Source: Ptychomitrium polyphyllum
Taxonomy: Eukaryota
Reading direction: 5' to 3'
Length of the DNA: 64,000 nucleotides
NCBI GenBank assembly: GCA_973851085.1
Contig: OZ316776.1
Coordinates: 496,001-560,000 of the forward strand
Shown: positions 15,534 through 29,000 of the stretch, piece after piece
Position numbering within the stretch: the first letter of the stretch is position 1
How the letters are laid out: each line of letters begins with the position of its first letter
Notes under the pieces: model-generated
Seen by the model: the letters and a program-made list of their open reading frames with translations, nothing else
Told to the model about the DNA's origin: nothing
The model's database searches: none
Translations under genes and position numbers: made by a program

Positions 15534-16419
15534 TACTTATAGCTATTGTTGATGCAATAAAGAATTCTTTGAACAAACAATACATAAATTGACCATAGCT
15601 TTAGTATGGGAAGTAAGAAGTCAATACCAAATGTTTTAAATAAAAGCATAACCTCTTTATTGCACCCTAACACCTGGCCATTACATCCTTAAGAATCTTG
15701 TGCTTTGCAATTTCATGATTAGTTTATATGTTAGTAAAAATTAGACTGCAAGTGAAATATATTCACCTTACAATTATTTATTATAGACTTGGTCTTTGAG
15801 GATTAGTTATAAAAGTCCCTTTCTGAAGGATGCTCGAAGCGTTCTCCAATGTGAAGCTAGCAGAATGCAACTAAAACGTGGATTACTTTAAGTGAAATCC
15901 ATTGCATGCTAGATCATAGCCATTATCTTGGCCATTTTTAGGAGTCTGTGTGTACGCAATATTGCTCCAACAGGACAAGAATCAGATTTCAATTGTGTAC
16001 TTCGAATGTAGATCAAACATCTGTCAAGACGAGAGAAGGTAATAAAACCTGAAACTGTGATGATACAAGGCTCTGTTATGTTGAACTAAGAAGAAAAATG
16101 ATTGATAACATGCAAGTTGTAAATCCATATAACTTAGCTTGCCAAACTCGAATGTCTGCTGTAAGGGTACCTGTTTACAATTTGACAAACCTTGGTGGTT
16201 CAAGACTGCAAGAGGTTTGAAGCTTACACAAGCCAAAGAAAAGAATGTGGCTCTTGGTCATACCCCAGGTTCTGAGGCATGCCTTTCGAAAACCAAAGCA
16301 TTTTAAGAGTTTCCTGATTGATACATGTAATAAAAACATGTAATACAGGTTCCTAAAGGTGTGGAAAAGCTCAATACGGAAACAGCGCATTCATCAACTC
16401 GAACGACCAATCGTCCACC

Positions 16420-16750
16420 CTTGAGGGCAACCCCTGCTTCTCAGATACGATACAGGGAGCGATGCAGTTGTTCCCATTTGTGCAGAGCCACGTGTCTGAG
16501 GAAAAGGAGCCTTGTTCACATAATTACTCTGTTTATTTGCTCTAAAATCCTTTAGTGTGAGAATAGTCACATTCTTTCGTTGCCTGACTCCATCGCTTGG
16601 TAGACAGGCTTTAGTGTTTCGTCTTTTATTCGTCTTCATAGAAACGGCCTCGCTACTATGAATAGAATCAAGGCGAATGCCTGCACACAATACCCAGACG
16701 ATAATTTGCATATTTATAAACCAGCCTACGTTTCTTCTCAATTCAGTTGT
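16420..16750 (+). repeat. Copy B of the diverged direct duplication (copy A at ~12850-13190)
   Basis: Same colinear blocks as copy A. It lies just downstream of the NAD synthetase stop codon. Confidence 0.85.
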
Positions 16751-16992
16751 ACAAACAGATAACATAAGATAAATATTGACAATAAAAACATTTACTTGTA
16801 ATTAATATTTCGAAGTACAAATTATCATTGAATACAATATCTAGAGACTTTCCTGAAAATGAATGCGAAGTAGCCATAGACCTACTTCTGAAGCCCATTT
16901 TACGTCTCTAAGTTTTGATTCTCTAGATTCTAATTAGAGATATTTTAAACCTAAAATGATGCCTACGGGAAGAATGCCGCAATTAAATCTTT

Positions 16993-19900
16993 TCAACCGG
17001 CCCGTGCGTTACCAGAAGTGGCGGCAGGGACGCCAAGACCAGTAGCATTACGAGCAGCAGCTTCAGCTGCAGTGGGTTCCATATGCTGTTTAAGTTCCGG
17101 TATTGGTTCCGGCATACTGGCTTCATACTTCGCCACGAGCTGGTCTATTCGTCGGAACTGCCATGGCCAACGGGTGTTGTAGAGGAACTGTCTCAAGTCG
17201 TATCTGTTGTCTTCCGGAGAATAAGTCTGTGATTCAAAGCAATGTATAATTCAATCATTCTCGGAATTTCATGTCCAAAGAAATTGAAGGAACAGAAAGA
17301 GTCGCGTTCTCTAAAGATATATTTAGATATCCAACAGGATCACCTCAGCGTGGAACCTTTCCTTCATCCATGTGTGCAAGACGCATTGGACTAAGAACAT
17401 CAAGCAATTTGGTTTCGAATTTTTAAGACCAAGTACCTCCGCATGATAAGAGGGTGTCAAAGTCGTCATCTTGTGTCGATTAATGGAGTAGTACTTGAAA
17501 AAGTCCTTAACTTTCTGTGCCACTTCTGCAGGCGTGAGACGTCCATGCCACCTTATGCACAGATTCTGTTTAGATGACACCTTACAATTGTCAGATAATG
17601 TGATAGGAAGAAGCGTTCAGAGGTATCACATATTCAGGAATAAAACTAGCCTTAGAATGTGGTGATGTAAATCGGAATAACCCTCCAGCCTACTTAAAGC
17701 TACAGTAGAACTAGGCACGCATTTCAATCAGGAACGTAATTCCCCAGTTTTTAAACCTGAAATTATATAAAAGAGCTATCGCTGAATATAATGCTCTGCA
17801 GAAAATAAATACCTCAAACATGGAGACGGGGCCACAACGGAATATCTTTCTCAATCGCCCATACATGCCGAGCTCCTCATAGGTCATGCCCATGTCAATC
17901 TCATCAGACTGAAAACGACTCAACATTAGAAGTGAAAACACCATGAAAATACCGAGGGGTATATCACATGTGGGCACTGGGAGAAATCAGGTTCTCTTCG
18001 AGATAAACAGCCAAGATCTTCCCACAGAATAACCATGTCTTCACTGGCATCTCCCTACTACTTTAAAAAAGTTTATTAAGAAAAGAGAGATCATGGCAGT
18101 TATAGCCATTTCATTAGGTAAGATGACTTACCTGGCTGTACTTTTCTGTAATGGGCTCCAATTCTGCTGTTGGCGGTGCCCCTTCAATTTCAGCTAAAGT
18201 TTTATATCCAAGATTCAAAGCACCCCAACGTAAAAATGCTCGGAGATCTCCTTTACTGATACCTCCAATAGGGTTAATGTCAGCCGAACTGCAATCATAC
18301 TGCAGTTCCCAACAGCACCAAAAACCGTCATAATTATAGCAGCCCATGTTGTAATGTAGCATACAGCTTACCAATTATGTTCACAAGAAAAAACAAGGTG
18401 ACAATCGTAAAAGTAGGTCGACAAACTGAGGACTACAAAGAGGCAAACTATTCGTGTGATTTCATGATTTGTATTGACCGACCATCGCCTTCAGCGTAAT
18501 GGAGAAAGACCAAAAAGAAACATTAGAATAATTGCTAAGAAAGAAAACCTTAGTGAGGTAGCCCCGAAGACCTTCATCAACATTTGCGCTTCCAAGTACA
18601 AGCAAAAATCCGGACTTGCTCCGCACCCATGGCAACAGAGAGGCCAGCATAAATGCAATCACCATACGAATACGTGCTTGTATATTTTGCAACGCAAGAT
18701 TTTCTGTCTGTGATCCTCCATGTACCTTTACATGCAGATCAACGACCACGGGATTACTCCAGATATCAGAAACACAGAAGCAACGAGACAATTAAATTCT
18801 CCGTGAGCCTACCTTATCAGATTTAACGCTCTTAAAAATGAGACGAAGAGGCAGTAAATCACAGATCAGATAATCAGGTTATTGATAACACATTATGAAG
18901 AGATGGGAATTCATGATTCTGAATGGGGTAATGAGCAACAGAGTATACTTGAATGGCATACAAAAGAAACAGCCTCTTCTGCCACTTCTCCACTCCTAAA
19001 CAAGAAGAGAAAGTCGCCATTAACCATTCAATCAAAAGCGTACCTTATATCTAAGTTTCTTGCCAGGGAATAAGGTATCAAACAGAGTAAGCAAGGATCT
19101 CACAACTACATCAATATTAACATTTAAATGTGAAGCACCAACTTCTTCTGCTAATCGCTTAGCACGACTCCGAGTTGCTTCTGAGCTGCATATAATCAAA
19201 GACATCAATCACCTTCGGTGTTCTTCTATACAGACATCAATCACAGCCAACAAAATTTTCAAGCAGAAATCCTTTTCACAAATAGTCAAGAAACAATCAG
19301 AGGAAACATGCACATCTTGACACACTATTATCAAGTTTAGCTCCAAAAACCTATTCTCAGTGCCCATATATACTGTATGCAGGAGCCGTTGGGCAAACTC
19401 CTCAGCTGATTCGGGTATTTCATTATTCTTATAATTGCCAATGCGAACAGCATCTGCCGTGACTTGCTCATCACCTTCCTTCACAGCTGCAACAGATTTA
19501 AAAACAAGTTAAAGAATACTACTATTAATAAGATGCTAGGTTAAACTCAACTAAAACAGACGAATGGCATATGTATGGAGGATATAGAAAGGTTGGTACG
19601 GACCTTTGACAACAAGTTGGCACATAGAACCAACAATAGCAGCTACTGATGAGCTGTCGGCACCCCCTGAAAGTGGCAACAAATATCCTGTTGCTCCGCT
19701 GCGCCGTAAGTAATCCCAAAGCCAGCAAGCTGGACCAAGAGCTATTTCCTCGTATGGATCATGGTAGTGAACCTGCCATATTTCAAATTTTAGGTCGTCA
19801 GCCTAACAAGAGGATGGAATCAAGTCTTCTAAAGTAATACTTGTGGTCCTGAGAGAGTAGTAACAGGCAGAACTTGAAGGAAAGGTATGTAACTGGGTTT

Positions 19901-21700
19901 CACAAAGAATTGACCTCACCTTAATGGGAAGCGAACCATAATGATTGGCCATATTCATAGGTCGTGAGAGTTTAAATTTCACTGGAATAGACGGGGTTCG
20001 AGGTTCCTGACTGGCTTGTTCTCTCAAACTGCTTATAGTACCCCTATATCCCGAAACCTGTCAATTACATAAAAGAAGTTCTATAAGCATGTTCCTCTTT
20101 CCAAATAGCAGACGTCGAGAAAGACTAGTGTGCAGCCATAACATTTAAGAAATGCGTAACTATTGGACAGGACAGTGGTGCACATCCCAAATTCTGTCCC
20201 CTCATAAACTCGAGACCAAAGAGTATGCAGGAAAAGGTTGTAAGCAGGAATAACATGGTAGAAAACCACATGCTTACGTTATCTAAGTCAACACAAGCTA
20301 TCACAACCTCAACATCTTTCATAGAAAATTGTGAGCCTTGTGCAATGACATCTCCATTGACCATTATGCAGGCAGAACCATCTGCAACAGATGTTCCAAT
20401 TAGTCAAACAATTGGAGTTTCAGCAGAGGTGGCAAGAAAATGCGCAATGAAATTAGATTCATTGATTCCAGTTCTTTAAATAAGCTTTATCAACAGAACA
20501 GGAGAAACAAACCTGTAGAGCAAGACTCGTCCTATACAAATTCATAATCAAAGTGCTAAAATCTTTCTGGAAATTGCGACTAATGGAAATGTGTGTAAAT
20601 GAAGGAAGCACCATAGTAAAGACGGCCCCCATCACACCCTTGCTGATTAGCATATAAGTAAACACCGCCGCATTTCCCAGTTGCACTTCGCATCAACTCG
20701 ATCCTCGTGTTGAGCTTGCGGAGTTGATGATGGCTGCCGCTTCCATTAGCAATAATCTCTACTCCACCCAGGGACAAGCCAATGTGAGGTGCAGATGGTG
20801 TAAATAATTCCTCACAGGTCTCTGAGGCCACACCCCTGCATGAAACGGAGTGGTATTTGGGGTTTAGAGTTTCTAAGTGTAAGCTGAATTCAGGCTCGAT
20901 GCATGGAAACCAGATTCGATCATAAGCAAAATTTAAAGTAGAGTACTCAGTGCTCACGTGTCCTCAAAGGAAAGGTATCCATCTCCAAAAGGAACAGTTT
21001 CCTGTCCAGTGACTTCCGTGATGCACTCAGGAAGGCGGAAGGTTTCTAGCTGACGAAGGTGTTTCCAGGCCGAAAACCACCGAAGTTCACGATAATTTCC
21101 GTCGTTAGCTAAGTAAAGTTTGGGTCGTATGAGCAGGATTTGGCCGTCGAGGCAGAAAGCTCTACAGTTGTAGCGCACCCCACATTCTTCGACGGGTAAT
21201 CCAATGTCGCAGACCATTCCATTGGTGAGGTCAGACGCTAAAATTTCGGCCATGCATTCCCATCTGAGCGTACCAATCACGAAAATTATTGCCAATCTCC
21301 GAAATAGCAAACAGGACACAAAGCAATACTCGAATCCATTACAGGAATGAGGACTACACACAAAAAACCCCAAAACCCTAGAGATGAGCCCTATGCGCCT
21401 CGAACTAACCATAAGACGACAAATTCGAGGACAAGAACTTCATACGAACATTATTACACCAAAAAAACCATCGAAACCCGAAACCGAGGGGTCTTGAGGC
21501 TCTTACGAATGCTTCAACGTATCGGCCTCCAGGAAATGATCCTCGCAGCCATAGCCACAAAGCTCAAGCTCAGGTCCAACACGAAGCGTAGCTCCCGCAT
21601 CACGAGCTTCCCGAATCGACTGCTTGGTCCGCCCCAAGTTCCCTTCGAAATCCATCGCCCATTGATTCAAACTGCACGTTGCCAACTTCGCCACCCTCAT
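16993..21700 (-). CDS. NADS: Glutamine-dependent NAD+ synthetase (nitrilase-family glutaminase + synthetase domains); 13 coding exons
   Basis: [154 protein letters not shown] and [15 protein letters not shown]. Introns are GT-AG. Confidence 0.97.
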
Positions 21701-24700
21701 CCTGCCTAAATCTTCACAACCTAAAACCTCTCGCACCCCACAAGCCCCAACTACAACTCAGAACCCGTCAGAGACAACGCTCAGCACGAGAGAGACGGCA
21801 TATTCCCAACACATGGACACAAAACTAAGCACACACACAGAAACCTACAACCCCAACGCTTGAAACGCCATTGTCACCGAATCTGCACCTCATCAGCACG
21901 TGTGTGATGCAGATCTTGCACTTTCACATCCACAGCATCCCCCAAACTGTCCATCCCTCCTATACAACGACCCCAGATTCCACGAATCTGATCGAAAGAT
22001 TCTGTGAACGTACTTTTCTGTCTCTGCAATTGACTCCGGTGTTAAGCTTCGTGTCCTCGTAGCCCTGAACGGTTGTCTCCGCTTGACGCACAAAAACTCT
22101 GGATCGTGATCCCTACGGCAAATCCTTCACCGCTAGATCCGAGACTTGGCTTCTGCATGCCGTGTCGAGATTCCTGCAAGTCTCAGCCAGATGCACTGCC
22201 TAGACCCTCACAGTAGTTCACATCATCTGAGAGCAACTCCTCGTTGCTGCAATTCTGTGCATGTCATGAAGCTGTTTCTGCCGGCCCGGGGCTGATGTCC
22301 TGCGAGGTCGGAGGCATGATACCTCCTATATCATGGAGCTTCTGAATTCTGCTGCAATACTGCACAATCTGCTTCCACAACCCATGCTTTGTGTCGATGT
22401 GTCAGTCTCCACACCTTCACCTTCAGCATGCCATGACAACATTCGTTAGCTGCAAATTAGCAAACTTTGTACTTCGCTACTCGGATGCCTTTTCCACACG
22501 AACACGTAGCTTATACAAGAGTACGATGCATGTGTTGCCGGTATTATACCGAGAGTGATACTTGGGTTTAAAATGGCTGCACACGAAGGGAATCTAGCTT
22601 TTGATCTCTTTCTGTTTTCAAAAGTCCTTTGTGTTAATTAGTCAACCCATAAACGAGCACAAAACTACATTGCTATGCAGTATGATCAAAAGGATTAGAA
22701 CATTACTCCATTTCTTCTCCAAATACTAAACTTTCATAAACAATGTTGAGAGTGACATGTTTGAGTCTAAGTGCAGTGGGTTAGGTTCGTCTAGTTAAGA
22801 GGAAAAGTAAGTTATGGTTGATTTTCGAACTTGTTTAGATTGCTTCGCAGCGCTGAGTGGTCCAGAATCGGTGGAGTCAGAGCTTCAATGGCCCTGCGAA
22901 CCTCTTACTTACAATCCCAGGAGTACTGATTAGTTAACTCAGGCGAAGGGTTGAGTTGAGTGCAGTCATGATGAATACCACCATGTGGGCGATCAGCGGC
23001 CTGGCGTCCTGACCTTGCTGGTACATGTTTCTTTATTTTCATTCCTTTCAGTTGGAAATGAAAGTACGTTAAAACATTCATCAAGTGCAGAAAGAACTGG
23101 ACTGAATGGTAAAGATTTGCTGCAGAAGCGGATGCAGGCAGTGTTCAGGATGAGCAGCCCTGACACTGGAGAAATGGCGGATTTGGCAAAACATAGGAAA
23201 TCATGAGCAGAGGAGCTGCCAGTCAGGGTGGTTTTACCTTCGTTGTGCAGGTCGCCCCTCTTTCCTTCATCATGCGCACATTCCTTCCATTGACGGTATT
23301 AGCCCACATGCATGCTTTTCTATGGGACTGGGAATCAACGAGGGGAGTGCTTTATCCCGCTAAATTATCGACGGACGGGAGAGGGACACGTGGCATTGCA
23401 TGGGACTGGAAAAATGAATAACATTGCATTGCATTGTTAGAAGGTGTAGAACCTTTTATCGTGCTTGATCTACCATAAGAACATCAAAATTAAATTCTAG
23501 TGAAATATGTCAAATTATAAGCACAGCCTTTCAATATAAACTATAAATATCAAACATTGAGCAAACTTTTTTTTTAAGAGATAACTTGCATGAGAAGTTC
23601 ATACGTTTTCAACAAGTAAGGCAACACATTGTAAAATATGATTATAATTATAATCTAAATATAATCCTAAAAACTTCTCAAATATAAAAAGACAAATAGA
23701 AGATGAAACTATATACAAAGAATTATCCAATGAATTTTTGACTAACCCAAATATTATAAATTTATAAATAATATGCCTACTAAATTACCACCATAAACAA
23801 TACATGGGCCATGCCTGTAAACTACTCTTCTTTGGACAAAGGGGCCTATCCATCTATTACGTGACCAATCTAAAATTCACCAAATTTAACACATGGCATT
23901 ATTCAAATGCCAAAATTACTATGTCAATGGATTTAGAATCAATGAACACAACAAAGTTGTGTAAAAAATTTAAAAAATCTACTTATTCCTTCAAACATAT
24001 CCAAATGCTTTATTTTCATGAATGCAAGTCCTTTCAATGGCACCAACCTAGAAATATATAGTCCATTCATGGTTACTACCATGCATATGCAATAATCAAT
24101 GTTATTGCAATGCTAGATTCAAATGAAACATACTATATGTCAAAGCTTCCATATCAGCAAAGCCTTCATACAAACATGCACCATACACTCTAGAAATTAA
24201 TATCATTATATAATTTATTGAGTTCACATACTGTAATGATAGATTCTTCTTGGAAATAAGTAATAGTAAAATCTACCAATATCAATAGCTAATTAATAGC
24301 ATCAAATTAAGAAAATGGATAGTTAGACCTATCATAATCATTACATGTGCTACAAAAGCAATAATACACAATTCATTAAAGCCAATCCTCATAAACAAAC
24401 TTAACATCCTCTATATTTATGTAAAAAATATTTGTCGGAAATATCAACACAATTGCTATATGTTATGCTATATCCATACATTTAAGCCAATATGAACTTA
24501 AAAACAACCAATATACGTTGAACTTCCAACATCCATCTTAAAAACATTGTAGTAGTATAAACCTTTCTTTATTAATGCTAGCTAGATAATATAAGACCAC
24601 AATTTTTGGAATTTCCTTGTTGGTGGTCTAGTATATTTTTCCTACCTATTAAATTGCTTGTATAATAGTGCCAAGCTAACACAATAAATATCTCCGCTTA

Positions 24701-26026
24701 TAAATATCCATTTGGTTTTGAACTCAAGTAAAATAAATATACGGTTTAATCATATTCAATTAATAAATGAACTCATGACTTGGAACTCACATCCTACAAA
24801 TACATAATATTATATCATAACATATTTTAACTTTAATATAATATCCAATACCTTTGCAATTAAGAGTAGTTGCTAGAGTTAATAAGTATTATTTCTTGTA
24901 TTACATAGTATTTATTTCTAATGGAAAAAATAAAATCTATACCACTATTTTATGTCCTCAAAATATGGGCCTCTAAGGTAGAGTGAATAGATATTTATTT
25001 ATACTTGTCATTTACAAAAATTAAGGTCCTTCATCATAATAACATGAAATATTATATTGTAGCCATAAATTTCTACATTCATACATACTTTGAATATAAA
25101 TTTCTTTTTATTACATGAATATTTTAATTTGGTTAATGTTATTAATTTTTACTAACATTCATATTATTTAATCTAATAAATTCAAATTGAATAACTCTAT
25201 TTTATACATTAAATGCCTATTAAAATTGTATATTAAATTTCTAAGAAGATTCATTATATCTATTCATTCTTTAAATAATACAAAATCTTTATGTTATTAT
25301 AATATTTAGATAAGGATTGTATAGATATAAAGAAATTATAATAATAAGATGTAAATGAGTTTTTAATGAAAATATTTTACTTTTAACTATTTTTTGCAAA
25401 TATTTTTAAATTGTAGTAATTGTCAAATATCCTTTGGGAAATAAAAAGTACACATGACCGATGTATGGCCTTAACAATATATTAACTACTACTATAGTCT
25501 GATTTCAATAAAGATATTTGAAAGATTTACTTAAATTAGGGTTTTCTTACAAATTGAAAGTTGGAAATGAGTAAGTTAAGGAATCCAATGGTATTTTCCA
25601 TAAAATTTACGATTATAAATTCGAATTCTAGAATTCTCAAACAGAGAATTTTTAAGAACGTATATATATGCTTGGTACACTCTGAAATCCTGATAAGACA
25701 CATTCCAAGAATAAACATTGAAATTTGCTGAACAGTCAAATATCTGAGACACGTTGTATATATTTTCAAAACTTTCTTTAGCATGTTCATAGTTATACTT
25801 GTATTTGCAATTTCCTTCCAAACACTAAGCACTTGAAAAATTGTGAAAGCACCAGAACTTGTACATCTTAGCATAGAATTTATATAAGCAAATCCTATGA
25901 AAAGATCATCTGTGTGGAATTTGTTAGGGCCAGAAATGCCCAAGTCCAATTCCTCCTCACAAACCTGTGTAAGAGTGCAAAACCGATGAACACAAGTACA
26001 GTGATCTGAACATGGTAAGCTACACA

Positions 26027-29000
26027 CTATGATTCTCCAAACTTGGAGAGGAGGCATTGTCGAGGAGCTCGCCAGTATATCCTCTGATGATGTTTCATTT
26101 GCGGAGTGAGTAGCTTGAATCGTTTCCAATCCTCCATTACAAGACGCAAGTCGTGCACCTTGCGTCGAAGACCTGTGCAGCAGTTGGCATGCATGGTACA
26201 CACTTGTTCCAAGTCCTTGCTAACCTGATGGGAGATCACAAACCATGTGTGTTATTAATATCCTACAGATTGAAAACGGCACCAATATTTGAAAATTGGT
26301 ATCACAAATCTAAAATCCTAAACCACCGGTCTGCCATTTTATGATCCATAGCTACATGGAATATGAACAACAAAAACCACTCGTGAAGGTGCTATGAAAG
26401 CACGAAGGTCGTTCACAGTTTCTGTGTAATGGCCAAGAAGTACAATCTATTATTATACACACAATTCTACACTAAATTTGCAGTAATAAACAAAAGTGGA
26501 AAGAATCAAACGAAAATACTGTGTTCTTCATGATGAATCCGGCGGAGAGGAACTCGTGCTAGAGGCGTCTGTCGTGCATCTCAACTAGTGCTGAGAAGGA
26601 TACGTTTGACTCAGGTGGAAATTATCACGGAACTTGATTGTTTCCCAATAATATCTGAGTCTGAACAACATACCTCTTACACTTCTAGCGGACTTCTGAT
26701 TAACTTATTGCCTACCACACTACTTGCTAGTATATTTGTGCTACAAAGATTACAGCAGATGAAGTTGACAACACTAACTACACCAGGAGAAGTTAGCTTC
26801 GCTTAAGACGCAAAAAACTGAATTCCAATAACTTCCAGTACACGCACCACGTAAAAAAGAAATTTAGAGTGTTCTTGCCTGGCAAAATCCGCTGAATTGT
26901 AGAGTGTTCAAAAAACGAAGCTGTAGGCCGATGTCCAGAAAGCCTTGGTCACCCTTGATTTCATTAAGAACGTCCTGATCATGTAAACCTGGATGACCTT
27001 CCCTTGACCTATACCAATACTTGTAAAACTCAATGGTGTGCTTGTTGGACCGAGCATACAGAAAGCCTCCATTTGGAAGATTGTTCAAATCTTCAGCCAT
27101 GCCTGTGTATACATCGCATGCCATTTGAAAGTCTGCAACCTTGTCGAATCGAGGGAACGGATCACGGAACCACATTACATCGGCATCCTGCGGAATAATC
27201 AGTGTCACATCAGCTACAGAAGTTCAATGTTATATATTCGGCTCAGGCTCGATTCTATGAATCAATCGCTGTCATCAGGCGACAAATTCTCTTCCAGAAT
27301 CTCAACCCATTACAGACATTGGAGGCTGGCATCACTACAAACAGTATAACTTTTGCAATCATCAGGTTTTAAAGACAAACATCTACTTTCTTGAAGTATA
27401 TCTGAATAAGTTCCTCAGTGGAAGAGGAATACGATAATAATAAAATAGTATGACATAACAACCATAACCAAAAATGTAAGACACCTCAGTACACAAATCA
27501 ACGCGATTTGCCTGACTCTCAACTCAGAAATGCCCACAAACCATGCATGTATAGAACAAGATGTCCAAAGAACCAGATCCGAGCAGCCACTTCTTTGCAC
27601 TAGGTTTAGCAGTCAGAGCCGGAGATATTAATCCTTGTCAGAGATTGCCTTAGAAGTTAGAAAGTCACTATTTCTGACGATCGATTCTACTACCAAAGTC
27701 GGCCTGCAATAACAACTCGAAATTCACTGCCTGATGCCATTCCTTTCGTAGAAATCCAATATATACAGAGATTAACAAATGCCCAAAATAAACACTTCCT
27801 TTATCCAGATATTTCAGCGACTTGCAGAACTAGCGTTTTCTAACCAGAAGCTATATCAATCGCACACGCAAGTTCACAAACACGTAACTCCATACCAGAT
27901 ACTGACCAACAGCATCTCAGTTGTCAATATCAACATATAGCTACGGTGATTTTCATATAATCATGTACCTATTTTTCATATATATTACAGTAAGTACTGG
28001 ACTACAAACTTTAAGGAAGATTCAATTCAAGGGCAATGCCATTTTCGAAGTATTAAGTGTGAGTACTTCAGCATCCTTTTACGTCAATATCTTTACATGA
28101 TTGCCTGTTCTCGCATACAAACGAAGTTTAAAGCGGAAGTAGCATCTCAAATTTAAGGCAGCTACGCTCCATTCCGCATCTTGAATTTACTTCAGTTATT
28201 CTCCAAAGCTCAATCAAAATATCATAGTCGTCTCAAGCGGCTCTATGAAGAACTTATTTCCCGTTTTGCTTCGGTTCTTCAAATTTGACTTAGAACATTA
28301 TTAACATTATCCAAAGATAGAAGGTTCTCCTCTGTTGGAAATTGACGCCATATCGCCAGATTTTGTAAACAAAAGACAAGACCAGAAGGTTCTCTATTCT
28401 ATGATCCTTTCTTATTTCCTCATATTAAAGTAAGTAACGCTGTTCAATTCTGAGGAAGGTAGGCAAATTCAGTCTGGTCCCCTGCAAAGGGTTGGCAGAT
28501 CTGTAAGTGTAGGGACAAATTCCTCACTTCGGAGTTTGTGCTCCGTTTTAGTTCTACCATCCTACAGATTGATTTAGCCGCCCAAGAACCATCATCAAAT
28601 TAGACATGCACGGAACTGACGGCAGCTCAAAGTCGCTCAACTTGGTTAATCTTAGATAGATGATAAACCCTGATCTGAGGACCAAGCTATTCTGCAAAAT
28701 TTAGGGGGTGTCTAGACTCCAAATGTGAAGGTCTAGTTTGAGAGCTTCAATCACCCATTTCGTTGTAAAAGAGACAGATAATGCATACGTCGGGTCCAGA
28801 AAAAGAAGATACTCGGTACAGATGAAGCAGAATCCGTTGTCACTAGTTCTGTTCCATTTTGCAAGTAAATGCAAGTACTGAATAGCTTTTGAGACCCCAC
28901 GAAGGACTAGAACAGTCAAACTTAGTTATCTTTCAACTCACTTGCAGTATAGGTCCCTTTATTTGTTTCACTAAAAACCATGAAAGGAGATGAGAAATTA

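Noticed and set aside
25536..26201. 221-aa minus-strand ORF
   Set aside because: Alternate frame of the glycosyltransferase last exon running into an AT-rich UTR.
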